In this document: piece by piece, positions 32,647-46,859 of the stretch
Layout of the letters: every line of letters begins with the position of its first letter
Position numbering within the stretch: position 1 is the stretch's first letter
Source: the human T2T-CHM13v2.0 reference genome, Homo sapiens
Strand: one strand, 5' to 3'
Assembly (NCBI RefSeq): GCF_009914755.1
Contig: NC_060937.1
Length of the DNA: 64,000 nucleotides
The notes under the pieces: model-generated
Database searches by the model: none
What the model was told of the DNA's origin: nothing
The model's input: only the letters and a program-made list of their open reading frames with translations
Made by a program: the position numbers and the translations under genes

Positions 32647-33787
32647 CTGCAAACAAAATTCAAGTTAGTCAATACATTTATAAATCCTGACCCTGACCAA
32701 ATACAAGGGAATAAAGTTTAACAAAATAGATATCCAATTAAGTTCAATTTTCCCCCAAACTGAAATTACTGGTTGATAAAGGAAATTTAAATTTTCTTCC
32801 AACAATGAAGTTTCCAAATGAACACTGTTAGTATCTTTCATGGAAGCCAACTGAGAAGGGTTCTGCCATATCATTTGTTACTTTCCACTTCTGATCCACC
32901 TCTACTTAACATTCCTATCAGGAAAAGTCTCAATATCCTCTTTTAGTCAATTTGCATATATAACCTTTATTCTGATTCTGTAAAAGTCAGCTTACTAAAA
33001 AATATCCTATCTTAAAACTTTATGTTTTAAATTTGATTTTAAATTTTATTTTCTTTGATGACAGTCTCAACCTCTTTCCCGCTTTATTTAAAAAAAGAAA
33101 AAAAGAATTGTTGGAACTATAAAGAATACATTTTGACACTTGAAGAAAGGACAAAACTGTGGCCTAGAGAGGTTACTCTGCATTAAATCACAGAATTAAT
33201 CACAAAGAACTAGAAACTATCCATTATTAAGTAGATGTTAAAGCTCTAAAAGTGATCCTAGTCTCTCTTCACAGATTTATTTATAAATGAATCACCTCAC
33301 ACATATCTTAACATTCTGATTCCTTACCCCTTTATCTGAAGCTCTTTCTTGACCATTCAATACCTAGACAGCCTCTCCAACCCCCACAAAAGCCCTTTCT
33401 AGCTCCTACCTAGCAGGAACTGCCTACATATGAAAGTCTCTTGACAGGTCTGATCTATACCTCCTTCCTCTAATGATGAGAGGCTCATGACTATCCTGTA
33501 TATAGCTAGTATTCAACAGGTCTAAGTTAAAGAGTGGGTTTTTTGGAGGAGGGTAAATGATAAGAGGAAAAAATTATGCCCTGAACTACCACACCATTTC
33601 TGTAAGAAAATGCTTTTCTAACATCAGACAACTAACTTGCCAATTTTTAGAAAACTCACACTTGGGGATTGCTTACAGAACAGAGTAACATTTTTGGAAG
33701 AAACCAAACCATATTGTCATAATAATACAGAAATGATCCTGAAAATCAATGCACAATTATACTCCTCAATTTTCCTGGCCACCTTAC

Positions 33788-33899
33788 TTATCAAACCAAG
33801 TCTTCTTTGTAGGAACTCCAGGCTCTCCAGAACCAATGGTTCTTTTCCTTGATTCTGAGTCCACTACTATCCTCATACTGCTTTTATTGGGAGGCTTTT
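33788..33899 (-). CDS. RBM26: RBM26 exon 10 (112 nt): EKPPNKSSMRIVVDSESRKRTIGSGEPGVPTKKTWFD
   Basis: aaaacag|AA acceptor, AA|gtaagg donor; hand-translated, phase 1 to 2. Confidence 0.96.
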
Positions 33900-34050
33900 C
33901 TGTTTTAAAACAAAAGAAAATGAAAAAAATAAGCATAGGTTAATATTTTCTATTTATCATAGATACCTTCCTCATACAGGAAAATTTCTGGCTTTTGTCT
34001 AAATATATATATATATATAATTTTTTTTTAGAAGAAATAGAAATAAATGT

Positions 34051-34522
34051 ATAGTAGCTCCCCCTTATCCAGTTTCATTTTTACGATTTCAGTTATCTCT
34101 AGTCAACCACAGTCCAAAATTATGGAAAACTACAGAAATAGTAAACAATTCCTAAGTTTTAAACTGCCTGCAGTTCTGAGTAGTGTGATAAAATCTCACA
34201 CCATCCTGCTCCAACACTTGATCTCATCATGTAGGCATTTTATCATCCCCTATCATCCCAAGAAGGGTAAATACAAAAAGATATTTGACAGAGAAAGACA
34301 GGGACCATTCACATAACTTTTATTATAGTATATTGTTATAATTATTTCATTTTATTATTAGACATTGTTGTTTAGCTCTTACTGTGTCTAATTTATAAGT
34401 GAAACTTTATCACAGGTGTGACTGTATAGGAAAAAGCATAGTATATGTAGGGTTTGGTACTCTGTGGTTTTACACACGAGGAGTCTTGGAACATATCACC
34501 CACAGACAAAGGGGAATTACTG
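34051..34522. mobile_element. MER44/Tigger7-type element
   Basis: TIR-like ends agtagctcccccttatcc and gacaaaggggaattactg+TA; internal cacataacttttattatagtatattgttataat. Confidence 0.8.
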
Positions 34523-35229
34523 TACATTCAAATACAGTAATCTAAGGGTTTTTTCAAACTTATTTCAACATATTCATTTCACAATTAACTATGAAAAAGA
34601 ATCAATTCTCACATGCCAAATTAAAATGTGATTCTGTAGGTCACTTCTTTGTAGATAAAACCCAAGTCATTGTTCCCATCTACCATCACCCTCACCACAA
34701 ATATATATACATATATCAATGCACAAATGAGAAAATAATCACTTTGAGGCTTTAAGTTCATAGTTTTGAAATCAAATGCACAATCTAAAAGATTCAAAAC
34801 TTTACACTAATCCAATAATCTTTGAGAAGTGAAAGGTTAGAGTTATGATTGAAGTGAGCTGCTTTTAAATATGGAATAGACTCATAAAATATGAATGTAA
34901 TGAAGGCATACTTGCTTTAAAAAGGAAAAGATTCAAGTCTAAAATACAGTGTAAAAGAGCTGTAAAAGTCTGTTACTTTCAACATTTTATATTTACTTAC
35001 ATGGCATGTAATGAGCATAGTACATTTAACCTGTTATTCCCAAATGACTCCAAAGTTTAAAACATGCAAACCTTAATCCACATAGAAAAATGTAACTTAA
35101 AAACTCCTTTTTTATAGATGGCAAAATTGATTTGTCTAAAATCCTATTTTTACATATTTCTAAACACCTAACTAACCAAAAGAACTGAAGATCTGTTTCA
35201 GCACAATATCTCTCATGGCCACAGCTATG

Positions 35230-36700
35230 GTCTCCTGCAGGAGGAGAGCATATACTCAATTCTAAATTTTCAACTTCTTTGTTCTCTCTGGAAATCCTAC
35301 AGGTATCTCAAAACTCACTATGCAGAACATTCAAATTATTTTCATATTAAGTCTATCTTTTATTTTTCTTAAACATTTCTATTAATGAAACTACCATTTT
35401 CCCAATCATCCCAGTCAAGTCATATTTGATATACGACTACCCACATATGCCATACATACAGAGACTCAAATCAATGCTCTAGACTCCTGCTGCTTTCCTC
35501 CATTTTCAACCTTTCCCAGGACACTGATACCTCCCATCAACATTCAAACATTACAGCTCTAATTACTCCATTTTAAAAAAAAGAAACTCTCGTAAAACCA
35601 GTTTTCCCTTTAGCAACAACATCTCTCTCCATACTCCCACAGCCCTTTCCTAATCAATGTCCACACTTACTAACTTTGCTTCCTTAACACCCACTCACTA
35701 ATCCTCTGAAAACTGGCAGTTGCTCCCATTACTTCACTTTACTTGCTCGTGCTAAAATCACTCATGTCCTCACCTGTTGCTTAAGCCTATGAATACATCC
35801 CAGTCCTCTTACTGGACCTCTCAGGAGAATTTGCGGCTGTTGATCATCTTCTTTTCCATCTTAGGTATTATATTCCCTGGGTTTTTAGGAATCCCCACTC
35901 CTTGCTTTTGTCTGCAGCTTTTGGGCTTCATTTCTAAGTTTTCTATAAAGTTCTCCTTTCTCTGTCCATTTACTTTGATGCTGACATTTGTCAAGTAGTT
36001 ATACTTGGGTTTTCTCATCTCACTTTACATAGCCTTCCTAAAATAACTTTCTTATCTACTGCCATGGCTTCATTCATCTTTTTCAGTGATTCTCAGTGGG
36101 GATGGGGAGAGGAAGATTTTAGAAACGCACGAGAAAGGTTTTTAAAATTATGTTAAGTCAGACCTACAGATTTTGGTATGGCTCCTTCTATCTCCCTTTA
36201 CCTCCCACTGGTACTAATGGGACAGAAGAAAAGATTAAGGACCAAAGTTCTACATATGCATGATTCCAAAATCTGTATATTCTAGTCAACTGTCTCTCAT
36301 GGGCCTCAGACTTCCATATCCTATTTCCCACTGGACATTTCTACTCAAATGCCCCAGGGGGACAAGAAGTTAAACACTTTCAAAACTAAATTTATCTTTC
36401 TGTCAAAGCTGTCCTTCTCAATGAATGATATTATCATCTGCCCAATTATCCAGGGCAGGAAACGGGTGTCTAATTTCATCCACTTATTACCCCTATTCTA
36501 AGCCTCCAAATTAAATAAGTTACAAGTTTTGTCAATTCTTTCCACTAAACTTATTTTTTTCATTTCTATTATTACCCTAGCCCAGCTACTATCACCTCTA
36601 TTCTAAAATTCTGTAAATGCTTTTAATTAGCCTCTTACCTCCCTCTACATTACTTACTTCTTCTCTTACAGTCACAAAATTCCTTCAGTTTCTCAAAAGT
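35230..36700 (+). mobile_element. L2 remnants
   Basis: Pyrimidine-rich L2 text (ctggacatttctactcaaatgcccc..., tatctcaaaactca...). Confidence 0.55.
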
Positions 36701-39361
36701 ATCACAGGGTACATAGGCTGTATCTATTCTCTTCCTCTGTCTAACTCTGACTTATCCTACATCTCTAGGAAACATCCTGTATCTAGCACGTGCGATGTTT
36801 CTCTGTCCAGTGGTACCTTCCAAGGACCGGTTCTGCAAAAGGATTTTTGGTCTTATTCCTGTCTCCCAAGTCTGGTTCACCAGCCCTTTTGGAGAATCTG
36901 TGACCTATCCAACATCTTTTGTTTTTTACTTTAATATGTTCCGTACCTGAAGGTTCACTAAGAGAGGGAATAATGTGTTTTGCCTCCAGTAATTGAAATG
37001 GGTTTGCTCCATCTCATCTGTATTCTCTAATTCAGAATCCCTTTCATTGATATATATTTAAAAGAAGGGTATTAAAAACACAGAAGCAAGTTCCTCTTGG
37101 TATATACTCAGCAAATGATCTAATATTAAATAGTTTTATGTAATGTATTTTTCCCCAATAATCATTTTAATGAATTGTTTTTCTGCCTAAAATTGTCAGC
37201 ACTGGTTTTGTTGACTAGAAATGGAAAACTACTTAACCCTTCCTCCTCCCTATATCCAATCATGACATCATCCATCAAGTTTTCCACCTCCTTAGAACTC
37301 TGCAAAAAATAACTGTCAGGGCCTCTAGGTAACTTTTACATTAGTAATTTCAATGCATCAAAGGGCCCAAATTTCTTTCCTTTTGCTGAATAATTGCCCT
37401 CAAAATTTAAAGCAGTAAGCATAAAAGTTTAACTATCACATAATAATAAGTCTATGACAAATTTAAATTAAGGCCATCTATAGGCTATTAGGAACGTGTA
37501 ATAATTATATAATTAACAATAAATAAGCTTTTTATGTATCTGTCACAATCCAGGACAGTAAATTTAAAATCCAAACTGGGAATAGATGAGAACACATGGT
37601 GGGAGGAGGGAGAGGACTAAAAAGAGATAAGAAAACAGAAGGACTAAAGGCAATCCTCAATTTGGATGGGTTGCTAAATCAGTTGTTTGGTACATAAAAT
37701 CACTGTTATTAATGGAAAAATCAATCCTAAACTAGCTAACAAAAATGGTACATGATGTATCTAAAGAAGAGTACTAAAATAATCACTATGTACAATAATG
37801 ATTCTATGAGAAAAAGCATTCAAATTTCTAAGTAGGTATGACAGACATTTCTCTCTCAACAGGATCACTTTCTGTAACAATATGCATTAAGAGCTGAAAT
37901 TACCACACATCCAACTTGTACATGGTAAGATTTAAATGCAAGGGCCTTGCTTCTCTTGATCACAACCAGAAATTGCCCTAGCATGTGAATGGATCTAATA
38001 AATATTGACCTGTAGTAGCATGTATTTACAGCTCCAAAGCAGCAAGGTAGAAAGAAATGACTTTAGTGGGAATCCCCAGTAAAATGTTAATTGAAGTGGA
38101 AATTCCCACTACAAGGTTCCCAGTAAAAGCAAGGAATATTGGTATGAGGAAAACAAACTACATGCTAAGTAGTTATCCAAAGAAGAAAAGAGGGTTTCTG
38201 TGAACTAGCCAGGTGGGAGACAGGTTCAGGATATAGGTAAACATCACACAACAGTTAAAATCTTAAGTGGCCACTTTGCAATTACAAGGAATCCATATAT
38301 CCCTCACATACAAGCTGTTAAAAAAAATCTTTTTTTCTATTGTTGTTAATAATAGCTATTGAAATTCCTCAAAGAGAATTTAAGAGGAATGGGTATCCAC
38401 ATTAAATGTTGTCCTATGATCTAAAAGAGGATATAAATCTGAATTAAAACATTCCTTACACCTTCATTACAAAAAGTCCTTTAAACATTCAAGGAAGATG
38501 CTCAGAATCTGATAGCTAGCTTCCAATGAATAAAAGAAAAAACACAAAGTATATGTAAGTAATCACACATTTACCAAACTCCATTAGGCACTGTTACTTA
38601 CTAACTAAGACTTTTATTCACAACTGACGAAGCATGATTTTTTAATTCTGACTAGGTAAGACAAGAAAAGACTGGAAAGAAAATGGGATTTAAAACTTAA
38701 TTGAGGTGGTTAGGGAAAAAGATATATTTTTTGTTAGCCCAGGAAATATTTTCCATTATGTCTGACAATCCTTCATTTCCCTATATCAAATGTGATCTGT
38801 AGCAAATACTGTATTTTCCAAATTAATGTGAACTTTCTCCCTCTGAATCTTATTAGTTTACATTTACATCTCTAGTGTAGCACTCTAGATGTAGGGCACT
38901 CTAGATGTAGGGCACTTTGCTGCCCTAGCTTGTGACTATGTCAACCCAAATTGTACCTTTTAGAAATTTTATCCAAAAGTCTGTCTCCTCTAAGAAAATT
39001 TTAAGAGTCATTTCTTAACACATGATATCCTTTGCTTAAAAATATACGCAAACTAATATCAAATTTTAACAGGTGAAGAGTCAGCAAAAATAAATACCAA
39101 GCACTATTTGATTTTTCAAACTAGGAATAAACTTATCTTTAGGAATTAAAGCGTTACTCTCAAGATTACAAATGATACAAATTACTAAAAAAAAAAAGGC
39201 TACCCAAGAAAACGTGCTTCTTTAAGGAAATTCCTTTCCTTCTTGGACAGTGTAATAATTGTATAATAAAGTGTCACCTCTACCACAAATACAGAATTAC
39301 ACAATATATTTTCTCCAACGGGGGAACGAAGGATACAGGGAACAAACAAAATCGCCATCCC

Positions 39362-39668
39362 AGCCAGTCACGGGGGCTCAAGCCTATAATCCCAGCACTT
39401 TGGGAAGCCAAGGCGGGCGGATCACTTGAGGTCAGAGAAGTTCAAGACCAGCCTGGCCAATACGGTGAAATCCCATCTCTACTAAAAATACAAAAACTAG
39501 CTGGGCATGGTGGCAGGCACTTGTGATCCCAGTTACTCAGGAGGCTGAGGCAGGAAAATCACTTAAAGGGGAGGCAAAGGTTAGAGTGAGCTGAGATCAC
39601 GCTACTGCACTCCAGCCTAGGCCACAGAGTGAGACTCTGTCTCCAAAAATAAAATGAAATAAAATAAA
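39362..39668 (+). mobile_element. AluS
   Basis: Alu consensus, imperfect TSD aaatc(g/a)ccat. Confidence 0.93.
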
Positions 39669-39778
39669 TCACCATTCCTTATCCAACCCCAATAAAGGCA
39701 AGACCAACTGTTCTTTATAAATGTTTTCCCACTGTTTATATTATGAAAATGACAGGAAGGAAAGATTAATTATAGTAC

Positions 39779-39919
39779 CTCTGGGTGGCAAATCCATATC
39801 CCCTGATGTTAGTCCTATCAAGTTGGGCCTTTGTGCATGCACTCTGTGTCTATACATAGGTCTGGAAGTGTTTGTTATGCTTGGGGCTTCAGGATTGTAG
39901 CCATCTGTGTCATATGTAT
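39779..39919 (-). CDS. RBM26: RBM26 exon 9 (141 nt; alternative acceptor at 39934 adds 15 nt): DTYDTDGYNPEAPS...DMDLPPR
   Basis: ttaccag|AT acceptor, GAG|gtacta donor; ORF 39741..40028. Confidence 0.95.
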
Positions 39920-40253
39920 CTGGTAATACAAAAACTGTAATTAAAAAACAATTATAAAACTCCACTTGGTAATTTTTTAATATTGATAAGAGAAAAAGTA
40001 AACAATATAACATATTAACATATAACATGCTCTATATGTATCAAAAAGAAAATAACTTTATTTAAAAAAGTTATTAAAAAGAAAATGTTTTTTTGAAAAC
40101 ATTCAAAACTGAGGGCTTATTTAATGTTCATTCACCACGGCTACATAATTTTAGTGAGAAAAGTAGTCCTCACAGAGCAATTCTCTCTAGACATTTTAAA
40201 ATTCTTCATCTAAAACTGTTACATTACGAATATAAAAAGGGCCAAAACTGCAC

Positions 40254-40394
40254 CTGCAGTAAAAAGAGAGGGTGGAGCAGGAGGAGGCTGGTGATGAATG
40301 CCAGTTGTTACTACAGTAGGAACAGAACTGGTTGCAGAGTTTGGAGGAGCATCCATGCCAGATGGCTGCAAAGGAGGAAGTGGAGGTGGTGGTC
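40254..40394 (-). CDS. RBM26: RBM26 exon 8 (141 nt; alternative acceptor at 40424 adds 30 nt): GPPPPLPPLQPSG...PPSLFTA
   Basis: ttgacag|GA acceptor, CAG|gtgcag donor; ORF 40219..40485. Confidence 0.95.
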
Positions 40395-40831
40395 CTGTCA
40401 AAACCAAAGAATAAGAAATATCATCTGAAAGCAAACAAATAAAACAAGTTATTGCACATCCGAACATAATCTTCTCATTTATCAAACTATAATATCTACA
40501 AACACCAAGCCCTTACAACTGAATTAGATATCCAGGGTAAAATATCCTTTTAATACATTCCAAAGCAGGTTTGCCTTAAGCTATGAAGGCCTGCAGGCAG
40601 CTGGGTTTTACCAGTGATATACTTAATTCACAGGGTCACTCCAAACCATAGTAACTGGCTTGGCACAGGCTACAAAGTGGAGGTGTATTCCAAATGGAAG
40701 TATACTGCTATTAATTTCTATCAGGCATTTTTGGGATTCCTTTAGATACTTTTAATTTAAGAATCTATTAAGTTTTAAAAATAGACTAAGAATGGCTAGA
40801 TAAATACAGGGAAACAAACAGATTTACTTAC

Positions 40832-41071
40832 CTGTAACAGGTGGGAGACTGGGTGGCAATGGACCTGGCGGTGGCACTGGGGGCCTGAGATTCACAGGTG
40901 GGGGTGTAAGAATTGGTGGAGGTGGGGGGAGTCCAGGAGGAGGTGGTCCTTCAACAACAGGAGGCTGTGCTGGGAAAGGCAGCATACCAGGAAGATTCAC
41001 ATCTTCTACAACTACTGGATCACTTCCATGATCAAAAGGACACATGTCTCCTCTCATACAAAAACCCTTTT
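40832..41071 (-). CDS. RBM26: RBM26 exon 7 (240 nt): EKGFCMRGDMCPFDH zinc finger plus Pro-rich region
   Basis: ctcatag|AA acceptor, CAG|gtaagt donor; ORF 40824..41111. Confidence 0.97.
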
Positions 41072-41268
41072 CTATGAGGAAGGAATAGTTAGAAACAAAT
41101 GTCAAAAGCACTGGAAATATATATTTTCTCTAAGTTAGCAAAAGTAAAATATTTAAAAATATGAATATTTTTAATATTGGACAAAAGTATAATTAACCAT
41201 TTCCCAAGAGCTACCTGATCTTCTCCAGTAATATAAATACTTGTAAAGTGATAGTATATTTAACATAC

Positions 41269-42022
<754 letters not shown>

Positions 42023-42214
42023 CATACTAAAAAAACAAAAAAAACACACAAATGAAAATAACCTAACGAGATGAGACTTAAATATAATTTTTGTCATATT
42101 TTTGTCTTTAGAAATGTCCTTCATTTAAATCTCTTAAAACTAAAAAAAATTGCAATGATGTTTTTAATACTACTTATAAATCTTTTACGGTAAATCCTTA
42201 AAAGTCTTCAATTC

Positions 42215-42525
42215 TTTTTATTTTTTTATTTTTTTATTTTTTTGAGACGGAGTCTCCCTCTGTCACCCGGGCTAGAGTGCAGTGGTGCGATCTTGGCTTA
42301 CTGCAAGCTCCACCTCCCGGTTTCACGCCTTCTCCTGCCTCAGCCTCCCGAGTAGCTGGGACTACAGGCGCCAGCCACCACGCCCAGCTAATTTGTTGTA
42401 TTTTTAGTAGAGACGGGGTTGCATACCATGTTAGCCAGGATGGTCTAGATCTCCTGACCTCATGATCCACCCACCTCAACCTCCTAAAGTGCTGGGATTA
42501 CAGGCGTGAGCCGCTGCACCCAGCC
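42215..42525 (-). mobile_element. AluY, minus strand
   Basis: ctgcaagctcc, ttagccaggatggtct diagnostics; TSD aaaagtctt(c/t)aattcttt. Confidence 0.93.
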
Positions 42526-42929
42526 AAAAGTCTTTAATTCTTTAATAAAATTCTTACAAAGGTGACATTTACATTTCTAGATACATTTCTATTTACAGTC
42601 CAATAATCACTCATTCTAAAGAAATGAGTTTTGTCAATAATGTTTCAGTAGCAGATTCCCTGATAAAAACTCAGTAGATATTTACTCATTTGGTAAACTC
42701 CCACAATTTATTAAGACTTACTTGCAAATAAATACTACCTTTAAATTGATAATCAAATTAGTGGCAACTAATAAATGTTTCAATCATATTGAGGAATTCA
42801 AAAAGTGACTAAGGCTAATTTCCCACTTTTCAGAGGTAAGTCTTTGAATAACTATGTACAACATAAACACAGAATTTAGGCAGCTGGAAATATTAATTAA
42901 ATACTTTATCAAACAGCTGAAAGACTTAC

Positions 42930-43190
42930 CATCATAGTCTCTACACCGTTTCTTTGGCATGGGTGGTCTTACGTAAGAGTTATGGTCCACTTGGTCTTCA
43001 TGAAATTCAGACCAACTTTCGGTAGTGTTGTTTCCATGATGAGTAGGAGCAATTACTGTAATAGTGCTGCTCAAAGTAGGTACAGGGTAGTGGCCAGATG
43101 AAATACTAGGTACCGAAGAGACTGGAGTATAATTATTTTCTAATGGATCTGTTCTATCCAGGTCATATTTAGGTTTTACCAGATCCCTTT
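42930..43190 (-). CDS. RBM26: RBM26 exon 6 (261 nt): ERDLVKPKYDLD...PMPKKRCRDYD (start of CCCH zinc finger)
   Basis: ttgcag|AA acceptor, G|gtaagt donor; phase 1-1. Confidence 0.97.
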
Positions 43191-43969
43191 CTGCAACGAA
43201 AGATAAATGACATATAAAACTACACTGTATTAAAAAAAAAAAGTCCCAGATCTAAGAAATAGTGATATTTTTATAAACATAGAAAAAAATTTTTAAATTT
43301 TGCATAATAATCATTTTCTTTTAAAAAATATTCAATTAATATACAATGTTAAAAGGTAAGCGATTTCTTTTTAATATAACCCAAACTACAAAACCAGGTA
43401 ATGCTGCCATATTTAATGTTTTTCCTTAGAGTTTTGTTTATAGAAAAAAGGAATTTTATATTTTCTTCATCACAATCTTGGTATGCATAATTACAGACCA
43501 CAAAACAAAACATGCAATAAAGTATGGTTATTTTTCCTGTGATGAACATTTTGTAGTCATCCATTTAAAGTTACTACAATGGCTGTTTATTAAGATAAGA
43601 ACGGATGACCCAGAAAGAGTTCATATTAAACATGCACAAAGAAATTAACTAGACTATACATATGGTCCTCAGGAAACAGAAAAGAAATTAAAGAGATTAG
43701 TTAAGTGAAGTAACATTCCATGAAGCCTTGTATACCTAGATCACAGCAGGGGAAAATTTCTAAGAAAAGAGTAACAGAATACAGGGCTTATACAAAGGCC
43801 ATAAATAGTATTAAGAGTAGCAAAAAAAGTTTGAGAAAAGGTGCTTTACTGAAAAGTGTTTTAGGTGTTTTACGACAACATCTTACTTTCAATAACATGT
43901 ACTAGAAGAAAATTATACATGTTGGGAATGACACGCTCTTGCAAAAATATATATCTGAAATAAAACTTT

Positions 43970-44980
<1,011 letters not shown>

Positions 44981-45142
44981 GAATAAAACTTTTAAAGGAA
45001 TTTTTAAAAAGCATTCTCTTGGACCACAGAATACATCATAATAGAAAAAAATGAAGACAACACTGACAAAATGTTAAGCAATTTTTAAAAACATTTAAAC
45101 ATGGAGTTTTTCATAAAAAGATAACCAAAATATATTATTTAC

Positions 45143-45360
45143 CCCTGCTTCGTGTTCTGCTTCTGCTTCTAGTCCTGCTTCTATCTCTGTCCCTCTCACG
45201 AAGCCTCTCTTTACTCCAACTTCGACTTCGACTCCTGCTATAACTGCGACTCCGCCCTCGTCTTCTATTGTACCGGTCTCTGTATGAATCTCTTCGAGGA
45301 GGGTTTCGATCATAATCTCTTTTGCGAGAACGATCATCTTTTTTCCTCTCATCACGGCTT
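45143..45360 (-). CDS. RBM26: RBM26 exon 5 (218 nt), RS/RD-rich region
   Basis: ctttag|A acceptor, GG|gtaaat donor; ORF 45135..45431 gives SRDERKKDDRSRKRDYDR...RSRTRSR. Confidence 0.97.
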
Positions 45361-46039
45361 CTAAAGAAATATGTGATCACTTTAATACAAATAATTTTTA
45401 AGTGACACAGGAAAAAGCTAATTAAATGCAAAAGTTACATTTAATTCTTGTAACTTAACTTTCTATCCTACCATCAGACAACTGAAAAAACTGAGCTTAA
45501 TATTCAGTACTTTAAATCCCTTTTAAATGAAAAACAATCTTTTTAAAGCCTTAACCCTTAGTCTTATTACACATTGGCAACTATACAATTAGGCATCTGT
45601 AGATAAAGGCATCTGTATATAAGACTTAGAGTACATATAGAACATACTATCCCGTACATATAATCTCACTTACAGACATGTATCACATGCATTGTATTCT
45701 AAGTGCTTTTGAAGCCTGAATGAGAAAAACAATTTAATCACACTAAATGGAAACAGCAGGCAAAAAAAAAACACCCACACATTAAGATTCTACTGGAATC
45801 TGAAGTTAGGAATAAAAAGATAAGCAGCTAATATATGTCAAGCACTGTTCTAAACTCACTCCCAAGATCTACAAATCTGACCTAGATTTTCATGGTAGAA
45901 ACGGACCTAGTTATATTTTCCTAGACCAATAAAAGAGTAGATATTACTTGCCTCTGCGTAAAAGATAACCCAAGTCTAAACATTTGTATAAAAGATAACT
46001 TACATCGAAACACTGAGTATGGTTCAATGAACTGCTCAC

Positions 46040-46128
46040 CTATTTTCCCTGTATCGGGAGCTTGACTGGGGAGGACTGTGATTTAGCCTTCTAGAAAACT
46101 TCTTCTCTCGCTCTTCCTCCTTAGTGAT
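46040..46128 (-). CDS. RBM26: RBM26 exon 4 (89 nt): ITKEEEREKKFSRRLNHSPPQSSSRYREN
   Basis: poly-T tract then aaatcag|ATC acceptor, AG|gtgagc donor; absent from the ORF track, translated by hand. Confidence 0.96.
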
Positions 46129-46196
46129 CTGATTTAAAAAAAAAAAAAAAGTGTACAAGTTTAGTAGTTATTCCACTGTTAAATAGCCTTAGATAG

Positions 46197-46523
<327 letters not shown>

Positions 46524-46859
46524 TTAATGACTTTATTAACATTAACATTTAATTAACATTAAATAAAATTTAATTAACATTAAAATTAGTTTATATAATG
46601 TAGAAGCAAAATTGTCATCTTCTAAAATTATCCAAACAAAGTAAATTTCTCTACTAAGTATAATCATTTAACTATAATGAAATGATTACATTGGTGAGAA
46701 AACATTTTAAGCAAGTATGCTCATTTAACATAATTAATGGAAATCCAATTTTATTCCTCTTTCAAAAGTCTAACATATATTCATGTTTTGGTTTCGTGGA
46801 CTTGGTGTGGTACCAAACACATCAAGGAATATAGGAGAATACATTAGAACTCACCAAGT

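Noticed and set aside
40093-40428. Plus-strand ORFs antisense to exons (also 16906..17142 and 33749..33943)
   Set aside because: Stop-poor reverse complements of coding exons, with no promoter or splice support.
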